Assembly: GCA_964418365.1 (NCBI GenBank)
Contig: CAYQLM010000002.1
Span: forward strand, 40,555 to 97,357
Reading direction: 5' to 3'
Length of the DNA: 56,803 bases
From: an uncultured Dehalococcoidia bacterium
Lineage (GTDB): Bacteria; Chloroflexota; Dehalococcoidia; DSTF01; RBG-16-68-14
Shown here: positions 1 to 6,946 of the stretch, piece after piece
Layout of the letters: the number at the start of each line of letters is the position of its first letter
How positions within the stretch are numbered: position 1 is the stretch's first letter
Notes under the pieces: model-generated
Told to the model about the DNA's origin: nothing
Database searches by the model: none
The model's input: only the letters and a program-made list of their open reading frames with translations
Position numbers and translations under genes: made by a program

Positions 1-90
1 CCCACGGACACCAACACGCCGACGAACACACCCACGGACACCAACACGCCGACGAACACACCCACGGACACCAACACGCCGACCAACACA
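1..90 (+). repeat. Tandem 30-nt coding repeat x3 (cccacggacaccaacacgccgacgaacaca)
   Basis: nt 1-30 equals 31-60, and 61-90 differs at one base. Encodes [10 protein letters not shown]. Confidence 0.9.
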
Positions 91-519
91 CCCACGGGGA
101 CGCGTACGCCCACCGCCACTGTGCCAACCAACACGAGAACGAACACGCCGGCAAACACGCGCACCCCAACCCGCACATCAACGCCGCAAGTGGCGACTCA
201 AGTGCCTACGAACACGCCGACGAACACGCCTACGGCGACGAGTACGCAGCTGCCAGCGACAGTCGTGCCGACGAATACCCCAACCAACACACCCACGAAC
301 ACGCCGACGAGCACGCCTACAAGAACGCCGACGCCCATTTCGCAGGTGCTGCCCACCGTGCGGCCGCCGACGCCTCGCCCAACCCTAGCCCCTCCCGTGC
401 TCCCGCGCTCTGGCTACGGTGGCACGTCCGGTGGCGCCGGCTCAACGTGGCTCGGACTTGGTCTGCTCGGCTTCGCCCTGGCGGCCCTCGGTTGCTGGCG
501 CTGGCGGCTGTCCAAGTAG
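1..519 (+). CDS. 3' part of a Pro/Thr-rich repeat surface protein (5' end outside window) ending in a hydrophobic helix plus basic tail
   Basis: Frame 1 is open from nt 1. Translation is PT(D/N)T repeats, then ...[29 protein letters not shown]-stop. A hairpin+T5 terminator follows. Confidence 0.6.
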   Translation, partial: PTDTNTPTNTPTDTNTPTNTPTDTNTPTNTPTGTRTPTATVPTNTRTNTPANTRTPTRTSTPQVATQVPTNTPTNTPTATSTQLPATVVPTNTPTNTPTNTPTSTPTRTPTPISQVLPTVRPPTPRPTLAPPVLPRSGYGGTSGGAGSTWLGLGLLGFALAALGCWRWRLSK

Positions 520-536
520 AAATCGCGCCATCGGAA

Positions 537-565
537 GGGGCCATCGGAGACGATGGCCCCTTTTT
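537..565 (+). terminator. Rho-independent terminator
   Basis: GGGGCCATCG-gaga-CGATGGCCCC followed by TTTTT, directly after the stop at 519. Confidence 0.75.
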
Positions 566-626
566 CGCCTCCGCTCGCTGCCCTACAATCGAAGGGGGCC
601 GGCTGCGCTGGTCATTTGAGGGAACG

Positions 627-1169
627 TTGGACATCACCGTCAGAGGCCAGCACTTCGAGGTCCCGGATAGCGTCGAAGAGCGAGCCCGCCAGAAGCTGGG
701 CCGCCTGGACCATTATCTTCCCCTCCTCCACGACGCCATCGTCGAGGTGGATATCGCCCACCAGAAGGCCAAGGAGCCCGACCAGCGCTACCTCGTCCGC
801 GTCACCGTCGATGGTGGCGGCGCACAGCTTCGCGCAGAGGAGCACGCCTCCACGCCTGAGGTGGCGGTCGACCAGGCCGCGCGTGTGCTGGCAGGCCAGG
901 CCCGCCGCCACAAACAGCGCCTCTACGAACGCGGCCGAAACAAGGGCGCGGTTCCGGCGTTCGAAGGTGAGACAGAGAAGACTGCCCGCAAGGTATCGCG
1001 CGTGAAGCGGTTTGCCATGAAGCCGATGACGATGGACGAGGCGCTCCTCGAGATCGAGGCGCTCGGCCACGAGTTCTTCGTCTTCCAGCACGCAGCAGAA
1101 GGGCAAGTCGCCGTGCTCTACCGCCGACGCGCCGGTGACTACGGTCTCATCATGCCGGAGCTCCCATGA
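627..1169 (+). CDS. hpf: Ribosome hibernation promoting factor, long form
   Basis: LDITVRGQHFEVPDSVEERARQKL... N-domain and C-terminal MKPMTMDEALLEIEALGHEFFVFQ...AVLYRRRAGDYGLI. In-frame TTG at 627 is preceded by GAGGGA. The longer ORF from 447 has a non-coding-looking N-terminus. TACAAT at 584-589. Confidence 0.85.
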   Translation: MDITVRGQHFEVPDSVEERARQKLGRLDHYLPLLHDAIVEVDIAHQKAKEPDQRYLVRVTVDGGGAQLRAEEHASTPEVAVDQAARVLAGQARRHKQRLYERGRNKGAVPAFEGETEKTARKVSRVKRFAMKPMTMDEALLEIEALGHEFFVFQHAAEGQVAVLYRRRAGDYGLIMPELP

Positions 1170-2122
1170 TCATCACGGTGACGCTTAACCCGGCCGTCGA
1201 TCAGACGCTGACGCTCGAACGACTCACGCTCGGCGACACCAACCGCGTGCGCGAGAGCCGCATCGACCCGGGCGGCAAGGGCATCAACGTTTCGCGCGTG
1301 CTGCGCGAGCTCGGGCGCGAGAGCATGGCCGCCGGTCTCGCGCCTGGCACGCTCGGCCGCTTCGTCGAGCATTCGCTGCTGGAGCAGGGCATCCTCTGCG
1401 ACTTCGTCCATACGCGGGGCCAAACGCGCACGAACCTCACCGTTGTCGACGAGAGTACGCACGAGACAACGCTGCTCAGCTATCGCGGCCCGGAGATCGA
1501 TCCCCGCCACATGCACACGCTGGAAACCCGCCTGCGCCGTTACCTCGGTCCGAACGACTGGCTCGTCCTCGCGGGCAGCATCCCGCCCCCCATCCCGCCC
1601 GAGGCTTATCCGCGACTCCTGGAGCTCGGGCACGAGAACGGCAGCCACACCGTCCTCGATGCCGACGCCGAGGCGCTCGCCGCTGGCCTCACGGGCCGTC
1701 CCGAGATCGTGAAGAGCAACCACCACGAAGCGGAACGCCTGCTGGGCCGCCCGCTTGATACCGATGACCGGCTGCTCGCCGCCGCCGAAGAGATGCGCGC
1801 CGCCGGCGCCGGCACCGCGATCATCACTGCGAGCGCTCGCGGCGCGGTCATGGTGAGCGAGGGCGCGGCCTGGCGCTACACGACGCCGCAGGTGGACGTC
1901 GTCAGCTCCGTCGGCGCAGGCGACGCGCTGCTGGCCGGCCTGCTCTACAAGCTGGACGACGGCGACAGCCTGGAGGACGGTCTGCGCTGGGGCGTCGCGG
2001 CGGGCGCCGCGTCATGCGTCCAGGCGGGAACACAGCTCTGTCGCAGCGCCGACGTGTTACGCTTGCTCTCGGAAGTCGGCGTCGAGCGCGTCAGCTCCTC
2101 CGAAGCGGCGCACCGCCGCTAG
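1166..2122 (+). CDS. PfkB-family sugar kinase (1-phosphofructokinase / tagatose-6-P kinase type)
   Basis: MIITVTLNPAVDQT..., DPGGKGINVSRVL and VGAGDALLAG motifs. ATGA start/stop overlap with hpf. Confidence 0.85.
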   Translation: MIITVTLNPAVDQTLTLERLTLGDTNRVRESRIDPGGKGINVSRVLRELGRESMAAGLAPGTLGRFVEHSLLEQGILCDFVHTRGQTRTNLTVVDESTHETTLLSYRGPEIDPRHMHTLETRLRRYLGPNDWLVLAGSIPPPIPPEAYPRLLELGHENGSHTVLDADAEALAAGLTGRPEIVKSNHHEAERLLGRPLDTDDRLLAAAEEMRAAGAGTAIITASARGAVMVSEGAAWRYTTPQVDVVSSVGAGDALLAGLLYKLDDGDSLEDGLRWGVAAGAASCVQAGTQLCRSADVLRLLSEVGVERVSSSEAAHRR

Positions 2123-2129
2123 GCGCGTC

Positions 2130-3257
2130 TTGTCGCAGGCCCCCGTCCTCATCGTCTTCCTTGGTGGTATGCGCGGCAGCGCGATCGAGGACCTCCTCGG
2201 CCGCGCGCTCACGGAAGCAGCGCTCGACCTGCTGGAAGAAACGCTGCCCACCGGCGCGTTCGCGAGCGCCATTCTCGCCAGCGACAGCGATGCGCTCGTC
2301 GCGCGTCTTCCTGTCGGCGTCGTCCTCGATCGCGATGAGGACACCTTCCATTTCGGACGGCGGCTCGCAGCGCTCGTGCGCGATCGCGCGATCGAGCGGC
2401 CCGTGTACGTGGGCGCGGGCAGTGTGCCACTCCTTCGCGGCCAGGATCTCGCCGCCGTCGCGCGCCGTCTCGCCGAAGCGGACGGTCTCGTCATCGCGAA
2501 CAACTACTTCTCCGCCGATCTCGTCGCGCTCACGCCGGGCAGCGCGCTCGATCGCATCGATCTCCCGGCGAGCGATAACTTTCTCCCACGCCTTTTGCAT
2601 GATCAGGCCGGACTCGCCAGCGAGCCGCTGCCGCGCAGCAGCGCCACGCAGTTCAACATCGATTCGCCCGCTGACCTCGCGATGCTCAAGCTCGCGGGCG
2701 GCGGCGGCGCAAACCTCTCGCGCTTTCTCGATGCCTTCGAGGCCGACCTCGAGCCGTACCGCCGTCTCATGCGCGCGGTCGTCGATACGAAGGCCGAGGT
2801 ACTGGTCGCCGGCCGCGTCGGCAGCCAGGCGTGGTCATACCTCGAGCGCGAGACGGCGTGCCGCATCCGCCTCTACTCGGAAGAGCGCGGCATGCAGGCG
2901 GCCAGTCGCGACACTACCGGCGCCGCGCGATCGCTCCTCGCCTTCCACCTGCGCGAGGTCGGCAGCGCGCGCTTCTTCGCCGAGCTGGCGGAGCTCGCCG
3001 ACGTCGCCTGCATCGATACGCGGCCGTTGCTTGTGCACCTCGGCGTCCAGGCCTCGCGCGCCGATCGCTTCTGGTCGGACCTGGGCTGTCCCGACCGGAT
3101 CGAGGACGCTGTCCTGCGCGAGTTCACGCAGGCCGCGCTCGATGCGCCGCTACCCGTGATACTCGGCGGGCACTCGCTCGTCTCCGGCGGCCTCATGCTC
3201 CTCACCGAGGCCGCCTGGCGCGAGGAAGACCAGCGCCTCGCCTCGGAAAGGTCGTAG
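2130..3257 (+). CDS. Hypothetical protein (N-terminal Rossmann/nucleotidyltransferase-like strand VLIVFLGG)
   Basis: 375-aa ORF with coding-like composition and a TTG start 8 nt after the pfkB stop. No family recognised by eye. Confidence 0.5.
   Translation: MSQAPVLIVFLGGMRGSAIEDLLGRALTEAALDLLEETLPTGAFASAILASDSDALVARLPVGVVLDRDEDTFHFGRRLAALVRDRAIERPVYVGAGSVPLLRGQDLAAVARRLAEADGLVIANNYFSADLVALTPGSALDRIDLPASDNFLPRLLHDQAGLASEPLPRSSATQFNIDSPADLAMLKLAGGGGANLSRFLDAFEADLEPYRRLMRAVVDTKAEVLVAGRVGSQAWSYLERETACRIRLYSEERGMQAASRDTTGAARSLLAFHLREVGSARFFAELAELADVACIDTRPLLVHLGVQASRADRFWSDLGCPDRIEDAVLREFTQAALDAPLPVILGGHSLVSGGLMLLTEAAWREEDQRLASERS
3172..3237 (+). repeat. 66-nt segment (3' end of the 2130..3257 gene) duplicated at 11729..11795
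   Basis: cactcgctcgtctccggcggcctcatgctcctcaccgaggccgcctggcgcgaggaagaccagcgc is present at both positions. Marks the left edge of a tandem duplication unit. Confidence 0.85.
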
Positions 3258-3278
3258 GGGCGACCTTTAGGTCGCCAC
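3254..3278. repeat. REP-like hairpin GTAGGGGCGACC-ttta-GGTCGCCAC
   Basis: The same 25-mer recurs at 46567-46591 and inverted at 46618-46642. Confidence 0.7.
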
Positions 3279-3322
3279 GCGCGTTGCGTGTGTAGGAGCG
3301 GCCTCGCGGGGCTGCGGCGGAG

Positions 3323-3331
3323 TGCTATAAT
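3323..3331 (+). promoter_or_regulatory. Extended -10 (TGCTATAAT) 10 nt before the ATG; leaderless or near-leaderless start
   Basis: tgctataat-cgctccgcc-ATG, identical at 11863-11871 before the intact paralog. Confidence 0.5.
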
Positions 3332-3340
3332 CGCTCCGCC

Positions 3341-5335
3341 ATGAGCACCGAGGGAAGCGCGGCGACGACGACCATCCTCTTCACCGACTTGGTGAACTCC
3401 ACAGGGCTGCTGCAGCGCGCCGGCGACGAGCGCGCGCAGCGTATCGTACAAGGGCACCACAAGCTGCTGCAGGACGCCGTGGCGGCCAACGCCGGGCGGG
3501 CCGTGAAGTGGGAAGGCGATGGCCTCATGGCCGCCTTCTTCTCTTCGGCCGACGCCGTGCGCTGCGCGATCGCCATCCAACGGGCCGGCCGCCGTCCGAT
3601 CGCTGGTGAACGCTTAGAAGTGCGGGTCGGGCTAAACGTCGGTGAGGCGCTTCATTGGGAGGAGGACGACTACTTCGGGACGCCGGTGGTAATCGCAGAA
3701 CGGTTGTGCAAGCGGGGACAGTCGGGTCAGATTCTGTGTAGCGCGCTCGTGGCCGGCCTCCTGGCGGGTCGCCAAGCGTCCCGCTTCCGCGAGCTGGGCG
3801 AGCTGGAGCTGAAGGGAATCGCGCAGCCCGTGGCCGCCTGCGAGGTGCTCTACGAGCGCGACGAGCCTGCGGCGCTCCTTGCCCATACACCGTTCATCGG
3901 CCGCAAAGCGGAGGTCACTCGCCTGCGCGCGAAGCTGCAGGAAGCGCGCTCGGGCCGGGTTGGTCATGCTCGTCGGCGAGCCGGGGATCGGCAAGACGCG
4001 CACCGCGGACGAGTTCTGCGAACTTGCCCGTCAGGACGGCTGCGCTGTCGCCTGGGGACGCTGCTACGAGGGCGAGTGGGCGCCGCCATATGGCCCCTTC
4101 GCTGAGGTGATCGAGGAGTACGCGCGCTCCGCCGAGCCGGAGGCGCTGCGCGAGGACCTCGGGCTCGGCGCCGGGCCGGTCGCGCGGCTGGTGTCCTCTT
4201 TACGCGAGCGCCTGCCGGACATCCCGGAGCCGGTACCCCTCCAGCCCGACGAGGAGCGCTTCCGCCTGCTCGATGCCGTCTCGCAGTTCCTAATCGCCGC
4301 GTCGCAGCGCGCGCCCGTCGTCCTCGTGCTCGACGACCTGCACTGGGCGGACAAGGGAACGATCGCGATGCTGCGCCACGTGGCGCGCTTCGCCCCCCGC
4401 CACCGCATCCTGCTGCTCGGCGCCTACCGCGACGTAGAGCTCGACCGGCGGCACCCGCTGTCCGACGCGCTCGGCGTGCTCCACCGCGAGACGAACTACG
4501 AGCGCGTCGTCCTGAAGGGACTGGCCGCGCGGGAGGTGGGCGAGCTGCTCTCCCCTATGGCGGAGCACGACGTGCCGCAGGGGCTGGTCGACGCGATCAG
4601 CGCCGAGACGGACGGCAACCCCTTCTTCATCCGCGAAGTGCTGCTGCACCTGGTGGAGACCGGTGCGCTCTATCAGCGCGAGGGCCGCTGGAGAAGCGAC
4701 GCCAGGATCGAGGAGCTGGGCATACCGGAGGGGGTGCGTCAGGTCGTCGGCCGGCGCCTCTCACATCTCTCCACGAACGCGAACCGCCTGCTCACTGCTG
4801 CGTCGGCGTTCAGCGGGGCGTTCCGCTTCGATGTCGCCGCGGGCGTCGCGGGCCTCGATGAGACGGCGGCGCTCGACGCGGTGGACGAGGCGCTGGCGGC
4901 GCAACTGCTACGGCCGGCGGGCGAGCCGGATGCGTGCGACTTCACCCACGCCCTCATCCGGCACACGCTGTACAGCGAGCTGAGCCCGCCCCGCCAGGTG
5001 CGTCTGCACCGCAAGATCGCCGACGTCATGGAAGTGCGCGTCGCAACCTACACACCCGACCGGCAGGCGGCTCACGCCGCGGAGCTCGCCTACCAGTACC
5101 ATCGCAGCGCTGCCCTGCCCGGCGCCGAGCGAGGCGTCGACCATGCCATCATTGCAGCCAGCCAAGCCGAGGCTGCCTACGCCCACGATGAGACGGCCGC
5201 TTACCTGCGAATGGCGTTGGATTTGTTGCCAGGAGACGATCCGCGCCGGCCGCGCCTGCTAGCCAGGCTGGGAGTGGCACTGGCCTGGACGCTGGAGTTC
5301 GACGAAGCACTGAAGGCGGCGAGTAAGGCAGGGCT
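3341..5335 (+). pseudogene. Adenylate/guanylate cyclase - AAA(P-loop) NTPase - TPR gene, copy 1, N-terminal 2 kb (frameshifted, then interrupted)
   Basis: Collinear with 11881..15168. The reading frame switches near 3955 (ORFs 3341..4105 and 3879..5525 overlap) because 5 nt are missing relative to copy 2. Homology to copy 2 ends near 5335. Confidence 0.8.
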
Positions 5336-5535
5336 CGCTTCGCGCTGCGGGTGCCGGGTGCTCATCCCAGCCGGCTTCGGCTTACGGCCCTTCACCTACA
5401 CCCCCCTAGCCAATTTCGCGGACAGAAAAATCAGGCCAGCGGGCGGTGTGCGCCGGCCCGAGATCTCCAAAAATATCGACCCCTCCCCCGCACGGAGAGG
5501 CGGTGACACTATTGCCGGATGGTGATGGCTCGCCC

Positions 5536-5563
5536 AAGAAAAAGGCCCTCCTTCAAGAGGGCC
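5536..5563 (-). terminator. Rho-independent terminator for the DUF3303-like gene
   Basis: On the minus strand: GGCCCTC-ttgaag-GAGGGCC followed by TTTTT. Confidence 0.65.
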
Positions 5564-5687
5564 ACGGTGGGCACGAGATCCGCGCTAGGCGGAGGGCACG
5601 AAGGCCACGAAGCGGCTTCCCTTAGTCTAGCACAGCCGCCACGTGCCAGACTCCAATCGAATTCTTCGCGCTTTCGCCAGTCGGCGG

Positions 5688-5984
5688 CTACTTGATGGAG
5701 TCGCGCCAGGCGAAGGCTTTCAGGGTAACAGGCACCGACTCTGCGATGTCCACGCAGGGTTCAGAGTCGAAGTCAAGATGCGGGCCCCAAGGAGCCATTG
5801 CCTCGAGGACGACGAGAGCGGAGTCGGCCTCGACGATGGCGATGCCTCTACCGCTGCCGGTCACGTAGTGGGCCTTGAACACGAAGCCCTTCGGCGGCGT
5901 CCAATTGGTGAAAAGGTTCAAGCTCCGCTTTTCGCTCTCCTCGGTAGCGTTGTCCTTGGCCTTGTAGGTAACTGCCAGTAACAT
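5688..5984 (-). CDS. Small DUF3303-like protein
   Basis: 98 aa, MLLAVTYKAKDN...FTNWTPPKGFVFKAHYVTGSGRGIAIVEAD...LDFDSEPCVD pattern. AGGAAGAAGG RBS upstream. Confidence 0.65.
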   Translation of the reverse strand: MLLAVTYKAKDNATEESEKRSLNLFTNWTPPKGFVFKAHYVTGSGRGIAIVEADSALVVLEAMAPWGPHLDFDSEPCVDIAESVPVTLKAFAWRDSIK

Positions 5985-6093
5985 GGGTCCTTCTTCCTTT
6001 CGATGCTATTCCTTGCCGAACGCCGGATAGTCTAGCAAGCGGTGCTGCGTATGAACAGGGTGTGACCCTAACACGGAGCCACGTGTTCGACAT

Positions 6094-6215
6094 GTCAGCC
6101 TTTCGGCGGCGCCGGGTTCCTCGGCTTGCACCGTCCACACTTGATGTCCCAGTCGCGTCATCGCTTCGGCCAGCTTCCTGCGGCAGTGCCAACAGCGCGG
6201 CGCGCGCTCTGTGGC
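6094..6215 (-). pseudogene. Com-like CxxC...CxxC zinc-ribbon micro-ORF, apparently frameshifted
   Basis: Minus strand reads ..ERAPRCWHCRRKLAEAMTRL then, after a +1 shift, DIKCGRCKPRNPAPPKG-stop. Parallels the intact copy at 10347..10496. Confidence 0.4.
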
Positions 6216-6446
6216 GGCGCCATCACGATGGCGAGATGGTGTGGCCGTAGGCGCTCGGACTGCCGCACTCCAGCAACTGGCGGCAGATAGCAGAAACCGC
6301 GAGCTGGGGGAGCCAAACTCGCGGTGCCGCTGCGTTGTCGCTGTGTGGTAAGAGGTTCGACTCCAGTATCGCGCGTAGCTGTTATGAGGCTATGCCACGG
6401 TTGTCAAACATCTGTTAACCCTGAGCAGACCAGGCGGCTCCCGGTC

Positions 6447-6624
6447 TAGGGAGGATTGGGAATCGACTTCGGCTTCATATGCTGCGCGATTTCACGAGCC
6501 ACTAGCGGCCCCGATCCCAGTGGGGTTCAAATCGGACCAAACTGCATCACGAGCGCCGCGTGGTCGCGCTCGAAAGCCGCCGCCTCGGGGCCCCACTATG
6601 TGCCGATAGCGACGGCCCGGGCGC
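6447..6624 (-). repeat. Repeat R1 (~165-180 nt element, family R)
   Basis: Shares blocks with R2 and R3 (minus strand): GGAGCGCCC.., CTATCnnCACATAGTG, GCAGTTTGGTC, GCCTAGyGnCTCGTGAAATyGCGCAGCAyATGA. Confidence 0.7.
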
Positions 6625-6816
6625 CTAATGCCACCCGCCACGCCCACTGTGCGTGCCCGCGATTCCAACGCACTGCCCACAGACCGTCCCGCGGCCGCGC
6701 TTCGCTTCCTGGGAATCGAGTTCTGGATCTCTGGACGGCGCAAGTCGTGACTGCCGCAGCGTCATATGCCGCGCGATTTCACGAGCACTAGGCGACCGAA
6801 CATGCAGCCAACCCAA
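6625..6816 (-). pseudogene. Remnant of the small CxxC/RGRG ORF (paralog of 10113..10334), N-terminus replaced by repeat R2
   Basis: C-terminus ..LAPSRD...AKRGRGTVCGQCVGIAGTHSGRGGWH aligns with ..LAPACPRW...FKRGRGTVCGLCVKIAGYHRGRGGRH. Confidence 0.4.
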
Positions 6817-6923
6817 TTTCGACCAAACTGCGCTGTTAGGCCTCCCGTGCAGCCGCCCCGGTGGCCCTCCCTCTGGCCATCGCTATGGCCTGATAGTGCG
6901 AAGCGCCCCCGAAGGGGCGCTCC
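6762..6923 (-). repeat. Repeat R2 (family R), directly downstream of the 900-aa gene
   Basis: Same conserved blocks as R1/R3. Contains the perfect hairpin AGCGCCCC-cgaa-GGGGCGCT. Confidence 0.7.
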
Positions 6924-6946
6924 ACTTAGCCTCCAGAAACTGCGAA

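Noticed and set aside
1-300. Regular short repeats that could superficially resemble a CRISPR array
   Set aside because: The repeats are contiguous 30-nt units without spacers and lie in an open reading frame encoding PT-rich repeats.
6340-6375. tRNA/tmRNA-like T-loop string GGTTCGACTCC (also GGTTCAAATC at about 6522)
   Set aside because: The flanking bases do not form a T-stem (GAGG versus CCAG), and no acceptor stem or anticodon arm can be drawn. At most it is a decayed att-like fragment, so it is not called.
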